This document shows positions 20,374 through 30,549 of a stretch of DNA of 64,000 nucleotides, in pieces. The translations under genes and the position numbers were made by a program. Every line of letters starts with the position of its first letter. Positions within the stretch are counted from its first letter, which is position 1. The notes beneath the pieces are model-generated. The model was not told the origin of the DNA. It did not search any database and saw nothing but the letters and a program-made list of their open reading frames with translations. The DNA is from a bacterium. GTDB taxonomy: Bacteria > Zhuqueibacterota > Zhuqueibacteria > Residuimicrobiales > Krinioviventaceae. The stretch is taken from the NCBI GenBank assembly GCA_963693055.1, contig OY843751.1:4288001-4352000 (forward strand), written 5' to 3'.

Positions 20374-21560
20374 ACAAACAAAGCCAATCCTTGTTTGACG
20401 AAAACATACTTCGCCCGGCTTGGATCGAGATCGATCTGGATGCCATAAAACACAATTATCAACAGATCCGAAACCATCTGCAAACCCAAATACTCGCTGT
20501 AGTCAAAGCCGATGCCTACGGCCTGGGTGCGGTCCAAATCTCCAGAACCCTGGAAAGCGCCGGTGTAGATCGTCTGGGCGTTGTAATGCTGGACGAAGCA
20601 GTAGAGTTACGAAATGCAGGCATACAAACACCCATCGTAAATATGGGTTCATTTCTTGCGTCTTTGGCTCCCCTTGTTGTAAAACACGATATTGAACAAG
20701 TTGTTTACAAAGTGGATGATGCCCTGGCACTTTCAAATGCCGCAGTTAAAGCAAACAAAACTTTGCCCATTCATTTCAAAATTGATACCGGCATGTCCCG
20801 GTATGGAGTTCATTTTTCTCAGGCTGTAGACACCTTATTAAAAATCTCCTCTTTTCCCAATCTCGAGATCAGGGGAATCATGACCCATTTTCCCGTTTCA
20901 GATGCAATAGACAAAAGCTTTGCTCTGCTGCAGATTGAACGCATAAAACATATTAAAAAGCAACTGGATGCTCGCAATATCAACATTCCTATCTGGCACA
21001 TGGCAAACAGCGGCGCCACGCTGGATATACCCGCATCTCACTTGAACATGGTGCGAGTTGGGCTCATGTTCTATGGTTATTACCCCTCTGAAGATGTTGT
21101 CAGGCCCTATGATCTTAAACCCGCCATGAGCTTGAAAGCAAAAATTGTCAATGTCAAAAACATTTCCCGTGGAGATACGGTTGGCTATGGCCGCAGATTT
21201 CTGGCAGAAAAAGAAGAGCGCATAGGTATTTTACCTATGGGCTATTCCGACGGTTATGATCGCAAAATTGGTCGTAACGGTGGTGAGGTGCTGATACATG
21301 GCAAGCGCGTGCCCATAATCAGCGGATTGTGCATGGATGCGTTTTTCATCAAGCTTACCGATTTCCCCGAGGTCCATGAAGGAGATACGGTCGTGGTCAT
21401 GGGATTTGATAAAGATAAAGAAATTTCTCCCCATGAAATTGCAACAAAAACCGGTTCGGTCTCGTATGAGGTCATATCAAATTTTAATAAAAGATTGCCA
21501 AGGGTTTATTTGCAAAATGGTGAAATAACCGAAATCAAAAATTACCTGATCAATCATTAA
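20370..21560 (+). CDS. alr: Alanine racemase
   Basis: AVVKADAYGLG PLP-lysine motif, KIDTGMSR, VGYG, GYSDG and CMD. Confidence 0.95.
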   Translation: MNKQSQSLFDENILRPAWIEIDLDAIKHNYQQIRNHLQTQILAVVKADAYGLGAVQISRTLESAGVDRLGVVMLDEAVELRNAGIQTPIVNMGSFLASLAPLVVKHDIEQVVYKVDDALALSNAAVKANKTLPIHFKIDTGMSRYGVHFSQAVDTLLKISSFPNLEIRGIMTHFPVSDAIDKSFALLQIERIKHIKKQLDARNINIPIWHMANSGATLDIPASHLNMVRVGLMFYGYYPSEDVVRPYDLKPAMSLKAKIVNVKNISRGDTVGYGRRFLAEKEERIGILPMGYSDGYDRKIGRNGGEVLIHGKRVPIISGLCMDAFFIKLTDFPEVHEGDTVVVMGFDKDKEISPHEIATKTGSVSYEVISNFNKRLPRVYLQNGEITEIKNYLINH

Positions 21561-21578
21561 TTTTTTGAATATATCGGA

Positions 21579-24467
21579 GTGTATATGAATATTAACAAAC
21601 CGGCTTTACTGGTCCTGCTGCTCTCTGTCTGTTCGTGGGCCGGAAACGGGTTCTACTCTTATTATAATGGACGCAACCATCCTGAATTAAAATGGCAGGT
21701 TATCGAAACCGAACACGCCAAAATCATGTACCATCAGGGTCTGGAAGATGAGGCTAAACAAGCGGCAAAAGCCGCCGAGGTTTGCTATGGCCCCATTACC
21801 CAAAATCTGGATCATGAACCGCCCAACAAAATCCCCATTTTTATCTCAGATCAGGATGATATCACAAATGGCTTTTCAGTAGCCAACAAGTTTATTGCCA
21901 TTTGGGTCAATGTGAATGATTATACCGACTGGACTACCGGAAGCGACAAATGGATACGTATGGTAATTGGGCACGAAATGGTTCACTATATTCATTTTTC
22001 AGCAATCAATACCTGGATGGGGCTGGTAGGCTTTGGATTTAGCGGAACACCGAGTTGGTTTCTGGAAGGAATGGCCCAATACGAGTCCGAGACCTGGAAC
22101 GTTCATCGCGGAGATCTATTGCTGCGTACCGCTGTTATAGAGGATGAAATGGATTTCAACTCGGGCAAATGGATCACCAACGGTCGACTCATGTATGCCG
22201 AAGGGAATTCCATTGTGCGCTATATTGCAGACCAGTATGGTGACAGTACCCTGGTGAAAATCCTGAATGAACGCCAAAAGACCCTGTGGATTCCCCGTTA
22301 TAGTTTTACGGCTTCGTTCAAAAAAGCGCTGGATCTTGACTCTTTTGATGAATTTTATCGTGAATGGCGCCGCCATGTTAATATTTATTACAACACCTAT
22401 TATGGCCAAAAAGAAGATATCAACGACTATGCAAAATCTCTTGATCTGCCCCTGGTATACATTAAAGGCCTGCAAATATCACCCAATGAAGAATGGCTGG
22501 CAGTATCTGGCATTACTGACCTCAATGAACCGTTAAATAAACTCTGTATTGTAAAAAATGATTCTACAAAAGAAACGCACATATTGGTACAGAGCAATGC
22601 CGGCAATCATTTTTCTTTTTCACCTGACGGATCACACATCGCATACTCCCGTATCCGTCGCGGCGAGCATGGATCATTACAGAACGACCTGTTTATAACC
22701 GATCTGGATGGTAACAGCAAGCGTATAACTAAAGACGCCGGTGCTGAACAACCGGATTGGTCTCCCGATGGTGCAAAACTGGTTTGCATCAAAGAAGATA
22801 AAGGCACCACAAACTTGTATACCCTGGCGCCAGATGGCTCCAATTTCCAACAACTCACACATTTTTCAGGGGATGTACAACTCCAAACCCCGCGCTGGTC
22901 ACCTGATGGCAAATCCATTATCGCTACTATCTTTGACGAAAGCGGAAAACGAGACATTGCCCTGATAGATGCGGAAACCGGCAGTATGATAAAGCTCACC
23001 CACGATGAAGATGACGACCGATCGCCGGTCTGGTCCCCGGACGGAAACAATGTCGCATTTACCAGTTATCGCGGCGGTACGCCCGATGTTTATACCGTAC
23101 CTGTAAATGCAACTGCTTCTGAAAGTATAGGCATTCGTCAGGTTACGGATGTTCCCGGTGGTCTTTACAGCGTCGATTGGGTTCAGGACAGTCTGGTAAC
23201 CATTCTGAATGATTCCCGTCGTAAAACCGTTGTTATGAAACTGTCTCCCGACCGTGAACCGGAATCCATGCCGCTGAACATCAATCCACGCTACACGTCG
23301 TGGATGACGCACAGACCACCGCATGATATTCCCCCACTGGATATAAAAGACCAAGATGACCCGGTTATTCTGAAACAGTATAAATACAGTCCCTTAAAAA
23401 ATATTCAGCATTATATGACCATCCCGTTCCCGGCAACCCTCAACAACTCGTGGGGCTTTTATTTCATGACCTATTGGTCTGAACCGCTGGTAAAACACAA
23501 TTTTACCGGGTTTGGTTTTTTTGATGTGGAACAACCGCAAGACAGTCGTCTTTTTGTTTCATATATTAACAAGACCTTTTACCCCACAATCCATACAACA
23601 CTGCTGCGTATGCCGTCTACCGGCCAGATCATTGATGACAAACTGCTGGTTGAAGAAACAGTTGGAGGCGTAATAGACATTGAATTCCCTCTTGATTTTG
23701 GAGGCAATCTCTATTCGAACCATACTTTTTCTGTTAACGGCCAATGGCTAAAAAATGATCCCTATGATGTTGAGGAATTCAAAAATTCAGTGATTCCGGT
23801 TGAAAAAAACACAATTGGTGAATTTGGTTTTGCTTACACCTGGAAAAAGCAGCGACCCAACTATAACAATATCATCCATCCCTCTCAGGGTATGGGATTT
23901 CAAGTACAGGCCTCATTCGCGGATAAAAAATGGAACAGTGACCTGACTTATAAACACGCCCTGGCAGACGGTTATGTCAACATTCCCTTTCCCGATGAAA
24001 GCAGTATTCTCTATATACGCGCCAAAGGTGAAGCGGCAGATGGCAGATTGCCGTCTCAACACTTTATCGGATTCGACAAGTATGATCAACCCGATTTTGG
24101 TATGGGACTCAAATTCTCCGAGCGCGAACGGCTGCGTGGTATTAAACAATACCTGTTTGGTGATCGTTTGTGGATGGCCACTGTAGAATACCGCATGGAT
24201 TTGGTTCCGGATCTGGGCTGGCAGGCAGCAGGAGTAAGACTGGGACGCGTAACCCTGGCAGGGTTTGCGGATTTTGGTTCTACCTGGCTTAACGGAGAAA
24301 CCTCATTGAGTGACGCGGACATTCACAAAACCTACGGCATTGAATTTAAAAATGCAGTAAATTTTGGTGGGTTCGTTTTCGCACATGAATACGGCTGGGC
24401 TTGGCTCTGGGATGAGGACAAAGATGCGGAAGCATACTATCGGATCCGCGCGGTTGTACCGTTCTAA
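21579..24467 (+). CDS. Secreted gluzincin-like domain + TolB/PD40 propeller + Omp85/BamA-type barrel
   Basis: HEMVH...WFLEGMAQYE, repeated WSPDG, a barrel region with RLRG and VEYR, and a terminal Phe. Confidence 0.75.
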   Translation: MYMNINKPALLVLLLSVCSWAGNGFYSYYNGRNHPELKWQVIETEHAKIMYHQGLEDEAKQAAKAAEVCYGPITQNLDHEPPNKIPIFISDQDDITNGFSVANKFIAIWVNVNDYTDWTTGSDKWIRMVIGHEMVHYIHFSAINTWMGLVGFGFSGTPSWFLEGMAQYESETWNVHRGDLLLRTAVIEDEMDFNSGKWITNGRLMYAEGNSIVRYIADQYGDSTLVKILNERQKTLWIPRYSFTASFKKALDLDSFDEFYREWRRHVNIYYNTYYGQKEDINDYAKSLDLPLVYIKGLQISPNEEWLAVSGITDLNEPLNKLCIVKNDSTKETHILVQSNAGNHFSFSPDGSHIAYSRIRRGEHGSLQNDLFITDLDGNSKRITKDAGAEQPDWSPDGAKLVCIKEDKGTTNLYTLAPDGSNFQQLTHFSGDVQLQTPRWSPDGKSIIATIFDESGKRDIALIDAETGSMIKLTHDEDDDRSPVWSPDGNNVAFTSYRGGTPDVYTVPVNATASESIGIRQVTDVPGGLYSVDWVQDSLVTILNDSRRKTVVMKLSPDREPESMPLNINPRYTSWMTHRPPHDIPPLDIKDQDDPVILKQYKYSPLKNIQHYMTIPFPATLNNSWGFYFMTYWSEPLVKHNFTGFGFFDVEQPQDSRLFVSYINKTFYPTIHTTLLRMPSTGQIIDDKLLVEETVGGVIDIEFPLDFGGNLYSNHTFSVNGQWLKNDPYDVEEFKNSVIPVEKNTIGEFGFAYTWKKQRPNYNNIIHPSQGMGFQVQASFADKKWNSDLTYKHALADGYVNIPFPDESSILYIRAKGEAADGRLPSQHFIGFDKYDQPDFGMGLKFSERERLRGIKQYLFGDRLWMATVEYRMDLVPDLGWQAAGVRLGRVTLAGFADFGSTWLNGETSLSDADIHKTYGIEFKNAVNFGGFVFAHEYGWAWLWDEDKDAEAYYRIRAVVPF

Positions 24468-24562
24468 AAAATAGAAAAACACGGACCCCGAGTATCCACC
24501 ATAAATGGATGTATAAAAGGGCGGTGTCCTGAGCTTATAGATAGACATTCAAATATACTTTT

Positions 24563-24580
24563 CCACTAAAATTTTAGTGG
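24563..24580. promoter_or_regulatory. Perfect 18-bp palindrome upstream of pfk, candidate operator
   Basis: CCACTAAAATTTTAGTGG, ending 50 bp before the ATG at 24631. Confidence 0.4.
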
Positions 24581-24630
24581 TATATAAAAACTTTACCTAG
24601 TGAATGATTATAAAAATAAAGGAACACACC

Positions 24631-25722
24631 ATGTCAACCATAAAACGAGTAGGCGTTCTCACCGGCGGTGGTGACTGTCCCGGACTTAATGCGGTCATCC
24701 GTGCGGTAACCAAAGCATTGATAACCAAATATGGTATAGAAGTCATTGGTATTGAAGATGGATTCGAAGGTCTGGTACACAATCGTATGCGCAATCTCAC
24801 ATATGATGCGGTATCCGGCATACTTCAAAGCGGTGGCACAATCCTGGGTACATCAAACAAGGCCAATCCCTTTAGCTATCCTGTGGAAGAAAATGGCAAC
24901 TCTGTGCTCAAAGACCTGAGCGACCAATCCATTGAAAACGCTAAAGCAGCCGGTATGGATGCCCTGGTCTGCATTGGCGGTGACGGTACTATGACAATTG
25001 CAAGCCAGTTGATAGAGAAAGGGCTGCCGCTGATTGGTGTTCCCAAAACCATTGATAACGATCTGTATGGTACTGATGTTACCTTTGGATATGATACAGC
25101 CGTATCCATTGCCGCGGAAGCAATTGACCGCATCCATACAACCGCCCAGTCCCATCACCGTGTGATGCTGGTAGAGATCATGGGCCGCTATGCAGGATGG
25201 CTCACCCTTGGCGCGGGTATTGCCGGCGGCGCAGATGTAATCATCATCCCCGAGATTGAATACAATCTCGATGCAATATGCGATGTTGTAGTCAAACGCA
25301 GCAAAAAAGGCCGCCGGTTCAGCATTATAGCAGTGGCAGAAGGTGCAAAACCGCAAGGCGGCGAACTGACTGTCAGCCGTGTGGTTAAGGACAGTCCCGA
25401 AGCTCTCAGACTTGGCGGTATTTCCGTCAAGCTGGGCAACGATATTGAAGATCAAACCGGACTCGTAACCCGTGCAACCATTCTGGGCCATTTACAGCGT
25501 GGCGGTACACCCACCGCATATGACCGTATTCTTTCTTCAAGATACGGCGTAGGTGCCGCGGACCTCATCGGCTCAGGCAACCTGAACCGCATGGTAGCCC
25601 TGCAAGGCAACGAGATCACCTCTGTGCCCATTACAGATATTGGCGGCAAAACCCGCAAAGTAACAATGGATGATGAATTGATAGAGGTCGCTAAAAAAGT
25701 CGGCACCAATATGGGGATCTAG
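24631..25722 (+). CDS. pfkA: 6-phosphofructokinase (group III; G104/K124 signature)
   Basis: LTGGGDCPGLNA, GGTILGTS, IGGDGT, PKTIDND, EIMGR and LGHLQRGG. Confidence 0.93.
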   Translation: MSTIKRVGVLTGGGDCPGLNAVIRAVTKALITKYGIEVIGIEDGFEGLVHNRMRNLTYDAVSGILQSGGTILGTSNKANPFSYPVEENGNSVLKDLSDQSIENAKAAGMDALVCIGGDGTMTIASQLIEKGLPLIGVPKTIDNDLYGTDVTFGYDTAVSIAAEAIDRIHTTAQSHHRVMLVEIMGRYAGWLTLGAGIAGGADVIIIPEIEYNLDAICDVVVKRSKKGRRFSIIAVAEGAKPQGGELTVSRVVKDSPEALRLGGISVKLGNDIEDQTGLVTRATILGHLQRGGTPTAYDRILSSRYGVGAADLIGSGNLNRMVALQGNEITSVPITDIGGKTRKVTMDDELIEVAKKVGTNMGI

Positions 25723-25784
25723 ACCCGGATCCTGAGTTTCAACCACATGTGGAGTATCAAAATACGTTTCCATAATCTTTATAT

Positions 25785-25813
25785 GTAGGGAACGGTCTGA
25801 GACCATTCCCTAC
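25785..25813. repeat. GTAG-family REP palindrome
   Basis: GTAGGGAACGGTCTGAGACCATTCCCTAC forms a near-perfect hairpin. Confidence 0.75.
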
Positions 25814-25862
25814 ACGGATTATACATCGTGCATCCGCCAATTATACTGCGTCCCAAACTCCG

Positions 25863-26135
25863 TAGACTGTGAAAATGGATCATTTAAAACATATTAATCT
25901 TGTTGAGCTTGAGAAAAGTCAGAATGGTGTGGAGTGCATTACCTTTATATAATGCGGGTCGTCGTAGACGGCCTCTACTCAACTATATTTGCATAAAAAT
26001 ATTAAACTTACATCACAACAATAAATTTATAATATTTGAAAAGTAGACGGGTTTAAATCGGACCTTCGGCCCGACGCATCGCATAAACGCGATGCACTCC
26101 AAAAACAAAATTATTTCTAGTTTTCTCACAACCTG
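25863..26135. mobile_element. 273-bp non-autonomous element (MITE) inserted in the loop of a palindrome
   Basis: It is flanked by a TCCG direct repeat (25859-62, 26136-39) and by the split stem GCGTCCCAAAC / GTTTGGGACGC. Imperfect TIRs are TAGACTGTGAAAA and CAGGTTGTGAGAAAA. Confidence 0.7.
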
Positions 26136-26331
26136 TCCGGTTTGGGACGCCAATGATTACGCGAAACTCTGTTTCACAATACTGCCAAGTAATTAAAGTA
26201 TTACACCTAAAATGAGCCGCCCGATTCGCTCGATGAAACCGCCAATGGGCGGTCACGCGCGGATGAACATGGTTAAGAGCAGATCATCCTCAACATCCCA
26301 ATTACTAGTGATTGGCAATATCACTTAATTT

Positions 26332-26802
26332 TTACAGTGTCCCCTTTTTTTGATCTTTATCTACAACCGATATATCAATCACAATCCGTCCAAAACCACC
26401 ACATTGGACCCCAACATCAAAACATGACGCTCGATTAAATCGCATATGATTCGGATCTGCATTTGCAATCAACAGTTCTGTGACTGCAAAGATCTGTGGC
26501 ACAATTGCATTCAAAGCGTAAATACAGATTTTATTTGGACTTTTATTTGTCAATAAATTACCAAATCCATCAAAATAAAAATTATCACCAATATCGTGCT
26601 GACTGTTGCATCCACGCGATTCAACAACTTTTGCAATAATGATTTTATTCATCAATTGTGGGGCTTTATTCAACAGTACATCGTTTTTAGGATTTTCTTG
26701 AAACACTTGCATCTCTTTATTATTATACCCCAAACGTTTTTTCATGTATTTCCACTTGACCACATTCCACAATTTTGATTTCAAATCCACTTTTTCAACC
26801 AC
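26332..26802 (-). CDS. Cys-containing conserved protein (TIGR04076-like)
   Basis: KVVESRGCNSQH..GD.F, KICIYAL and SCFDVGVQCGGFG. Confidence 0.6.
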   Translation of the reverse strand: MVEKVDLKSKLWNVVKWKYMKKRLGYNNKEMQVFQENPKNDVLLNKAPQLMNKIIIAKVVESRGCNSQHDIGDNFYFDGFGNLLTNKSPNKICIYALNAIVPQIFAVTELLIANADPNHMRFNRASCFDVGVQCGGFGRIVIDISVVDKDQKKGTL

Positions 26803-26837
26803 TTTTCAGAGTTAATCCCACTTCTTTTATACTATCA

Positions 26838-27362
26838 TCATTCCATCTTTTTATATATCTCATCAATTCGTTTTTTAGCATCCTTGTTTGAAGCGAGTAA
26901 GCCATACCCAATCATTTGAATTTCCCAATCGCCCGTAACATTATTTAAAACAAAATTAACAATACCAGGGCCTTCTTTATCAAATTCCACCTCGTAAACT
27001 AAATTGATATTTCGGGGATGCTCACCCCAATAAACAATATCTCCACCCCCAGCCATTAAATGATAATACTCTGCATAACCTTGATTGGGTTTATACGTTA
27101 TTATTTTTCCGAATTCATTATTAAATAACAATATGTGCTCTAAAACAGCTTCTTTATCTTTTTTCAACTCTTTATCAGTATATCCGGGTGGAAAGTGAAA
27201 CAATTCTAACGCGGAATCGAAATCTTGCTTTTGAATATTTTTCATGCAAGATTCACATAAACTAAAAAGCTCTTGTTGATTTATAACAAGATTTTGATAT
27301 TGTGCAAATAATAATTGTCCGAACAGTAAAAACAGTATAAAAAATATAAATTTTTTGTACAT
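26838..27362 (-). CDS. Secreted hypothetical protein
   Basis: Signal peptide ending LLFAQ and a GGGGAAG RBS. No family recognised. Confidence 0.7.
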   Translation of the reverse strand: MYKKFIFFILFLLFGQLLFAQYQNLVINQQELFSLCESCMKNIQKQDFDSALELFHFPPGYTDKELKKDKEAVLEHILLFNNEFGKIITYKPNQGYAEYYHLMAGGGDIVYWGEHPRNINLVYEVEFDKEGPGIVNFVLNNVTGDWEIQMIGYGLLASNKDAKKRIDEIYKKME

Positions 27363-27513
27363 ATCTTCCCCCTATGAGTTAATTATCATTATCACTTTCT
27401 ACAATGCCTGTTTAACGTAATAAAACTCGGATTTAATTGCGAATATTGGCTGCTACACTCTCAACAATCTTTTCTTTTTGTTCTCTACAGCTTTGTGGTA
27501 ATTGTAATTACAG

Positions 27514-28719
27514 CTAATACCCCCACCCCTCCGGTACAACCGCAATGCACACATCCGCATTACCATACTTGTTCGAGCTAAACTCTACCATCGTCCCGTT
27601 CAGATCCCATCCCGCGTGCGGGTGCGCACCCTTGCCATAAGTCCGGTGCCCCGTTGCCAAAATCTTTCGCTCGGTGGTTCTTGCATTAAACAAGGCCACA
27701 ATACCATGCCAGTTATCAGCAACTACCCATTTTCCATCAGGACTGCCCGAAGCATGCCACCAGTTTTCCCGAGCAATCTCAGAGGGCGTGCCTCCTTCCC
27801 ACCAGGAACCGGGACCAATTACCCGTATTTCTCCTGTTTTCAGGTCCAATACTTTGACATGGCCGTCTTCACTAGAGTCATCACTGTTAAAACTGCCGAT
27901 AAATGTAATCTGATCATTCACCCACCAGCATTCATGTGTGACGAGTTCACCGGGTACCTGCTCAAACGCGGGTACAGGCACATGTGTGTTTATATTCAAA
28001 AACCACAACCGTACATGTGCCGGTTCATTCTTGTCTTTGGGAGCTCTATCACTGCCATAATTCCGGCAAAAGGACAATACATCCGGTCTCTGTTTGTGGA
28101 ACTGTAAATGCCCAATGTTAAAATCCACTTGCCCCGCCAATGCAACCTCTCCCGTTGCAAAATTGTATGTAGAAATAAAAGCTTCATTCTCGTTACCATA
28201 TGCAAAGGCCAAAAGGCTTGCATCACTGTTTTCAGATAGACCTGTCAACTGTTTATAATTTTGAGGATACTCGGTCAGTTTTTTCTCAGTCACCTTGATA
28301 GATGTTTTCCCGGTGGTCACAATATCCAGCTTCCATTCGTAAATAACTTTATCCCTTACTACATAAAGCCGGTCCCCTTTTATTGAAGCATAAGGCGTAG
28401 CCGATTTCATGTCATGTTCTGAATCCAATCGTACCAGTTCACCCGTATCCAGCAGATACGCCATGATCTCTTGCGAGCCAAACCGGTCCGAGTTGAACAA
28501 CATTATCTTGTTGTTGTGTAAAAAACAGCGATCGTGAAAATACAGATTCACATCAGATGCAGGATTTGATGTTACAAAAATCGTCTTGGCGCCGCTTTTC
28601 GCATCAAGTTCTACCTTGTGCTCTGGGGGTAAAATTTCACAATTCCAGCTCGTTTGAGAAAATAAAATGGTAGGAACAAACAGCAAAAGGATCAAACAGC
28701 TTTTCAATTTCGCGTCCAT
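27514..28719 (-). CDS. Oligogalacturonate lyase-family beta-propeller
   Basis: NLYFH, GHLQF, THECW, WWHASGSPDG and HPHAGW, plus a signal peptide. ATG at 28719 has an AAGGA RBS. Confidence 0.75.
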   Translation of the reverse strand: MDAKLKSCLILLLFVPTILFSQTSWNCEILPPEHKVELDAKSGAKTIFVTSNPASDVNLYFHDRCFLHNNKIMLFNSDRFGSQEIMAYLLDTGELVRLDSEHDMKSATPYASIKGDRLYVVRDKVIYEWKLDIVTTGKTSIKVTEKKLTEYPQNYKQLTGLSENSDASLLAFAYGNENEAFISTYNFATGEVALAGQVDFNIGHLQFHKQRPDVLSFCRNYGSDRAPKDKNEPAHVRLWFLNINTHVPVPAFEQVPGELVTHECWWVNDQITFIGSFNSDDSSEDGHVKVLDLKTGEIRVIGPGSWWEGGTPSEIARENWWHASGSPDGKWVVADNWHGIVALFNARTTERKILATGHRTYGKGAHPHAGWDLNGTMVEFSSNKYGNADVCIAVVPEGWGY

Positions 28720-28952
28720 AACAGTCCTTTCGTTTTGCAAACAGATTTATGAGGATTTATCGCACTGCCAAACATCAGCCATATTTAACGATAAGGAAAA
28801 ATTATCAGAATACAAAGAAAATAAAATCCAACCAATCCTTGTACTGTATTATATGTTTTCATTTAAACTGGTGGAAACACGCTTTTGTTGATTGCTCAAT
28901 TCCCCCCCCCCCAATCCTCCAGTCGCCGCAATAGCTCAACACATTATCTCTA

Positions 28953-30326
28953 TTAATTTTTCCAGTTCTTTAACACATCAATTCCTTTTTCCAAAACAGG
29001 ATCTTTACCGCCAAAAACATCCCGAGGGGTCTTTTGTACAACAATATCGGGTTCAATCCCTTTGCCTACCCATTCTTTACCATCAGGATATAATGTCTTC
29101 AACGTAACAACCCTGAAATTGCCGCCACCGGGAAGCTGAACGCGATGTGGATTCCCGGTGCTGCCGGCTGTTATTTCTCCCACCAATACGGCCCGATCTG
29201 TGTAATCCAGAGGAATCAAAAAATCTTCGGCGGTACTATAGGTTGAATGCCCTGTCAGAACCACCAACGGCCCTGAATATCGTTTACCCTCACGTGGCTG
29301 AATATATTCATTCCCCAAAAATCCGGTTTCCCATTCCGGTTCATTGCCCCAGGCCAGCAGTGCTGGCACATGCCTGGGCGACTTCCATATCATCGACTGT
29401 ACAGGCTCATCAATAAATGCACCTAAAATAGGCCATGCATTTTGATCATTGCCACCCGGATTAAATCGAATATCCAGAACAATTCCCTTTACTGATGAGA
29501 GGTCCAATTCATCAAACAATTTCATAAATTCGGCAACTGTATTATCACTGTCAAAATTGGCAATTTTAATATAGATCAATCCATCATTTAATACTTTCAT
29601 CTCTACCGGAGGGTTGGCCATATACCATTCAAATAAACGTGTAAAATAAGGGGCTCCTGTTGAAGAGACTGAATTCCTCAACAAATCAATTGAACGGATT
29701 GTCCCATCCATATCTTTAACTTTTACCCGCACTTTAGAATCTTTGGGTCCACGCAATAGCTTATAAATATTAATGGCTTTATCCGCATGATCGGATCCTC
29801 TGGACTCGTATTTAACGACATGGGATTGATAATAATCTTCAACAGGCTGTCCCTTAACCTCAACAATCTCCAATCCGGGATTAATATTATTTTGTTTTAT
29901 ATCCTCAGTTTCTTTTACCCGGGCAATAATATATTGATCGCCCAGAACCTGAACTTCCAAAGGCGGCCAGTCAAATGCAGGATTAAAGGGCCCGCCCGGT
30001 TTGTTGACGGCAGTGTGCCCGTCTTTTAACAAAGCAGCAAATTCGCACAGCACATCATAATATGCATCCATATCTTGAGCGGCTAAGGCTTTGGGAAGAT
30101 ATTCTTTATATTTAGCATCCCAATCCAAATCAGGACGTTGATCAAAAAAAGGAAAATTGTATTTTGCTTCGGCCCATACTGTAGACAAGCCCGCTGCCTT
30201 TTGCTCAACAGTACCGGTCCAGGGCTCTGCGGATTGCGCAGCAACAAATTGAAATGTGATTAAAACGAAAAAACAGATAAAAAGGAAAACACCTGAGGGG
30301 AATCGAGAGTCATTCATACAAACCAT
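28953..30326 (-). CDS. S41 family peptidase
   Basis: LKDGHT, a PDZ-like region, LDIRFNPGG, TYSTAE, GEITAGSTG and GIEPDI. Confidence 0.9.
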   Translation of the reverse strand: MVCMNDSRFPSGVFLFICFFVLITFQFVAAQSAEPWTGTVEQKAAGLSTVWAEAKYNFPFFDQRPDLDWDAKYKEYLPKALAAQDMDAYYDVLCEFAALLKDGHTAVNKPGGPFNPAFDWPPLEVQVLGDQYIIARVKETEDIKQNNINPGLEIVEVKGQPVEDYYQSHVVKYESRGSDHADKAINIYKLLRGPKDSKVRVKVKDMDGTIRSIDLLRNSVSSTGAPYFTRLFEWYMANPPVEMKVLNDGLIYIKIANFDSDNTVAEFMKLFDELDLSSVKGIVLDIRFNPGGNDQNAWPILGAFIDEPVQSMIWKSPRHVPALLAWGNEPEWETGFLGNEYIQPREGKRYSGPLVVLTGHSTYSTAEDFLIPLDYTDRAVLVGEITAGSTGNPHRVQLPGGGNFRVVTLKTLYPDGKEWVGKGIEPDIVVQKTPRDVFGGKDPVLEKGIDVLKNWKN

Positions 30327-30549
30327 GCCTTTCTGTAAATTTTACAACATCAAGAAGCATCAATCCTGTTTCAAGCTCTATCGTATTGATACAACCGTTT
30401 TACAACAAACCGGATGTTTTTTATTACGGAAAAGGCCCTTCAGGGTTTCATAGGTGGGAAGTTTTATGATCTAGAAAAAGTTTATAAAGATAAGTTGATC
30501 GAAAAAAAATCAATATCATGGCATATTTTATAATAAAAATATCCAACCC

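Noticed and set aside
24853-25491. 212-aa minus-strand ORF
   Set aside because: It is an antisense shadow of pfkA.
26053-26256. 67-aa ORF across the repeat cluster
   Set aside because: It spans the MITE boundary and palindromes and shows no transposase similarity.
26203-26280. attC-like hairpin on the minus strand (TAAC...TGACCGCCC...GGGCGGCTCA...TTTAGGT) after the 26332 gene
   Set aside because: The R boxes do not match RYYYAAC/GTTRRRY or pair properly. No further attC sites lie between neighbouring genes and there is no integrase, so at most it is a remnant.
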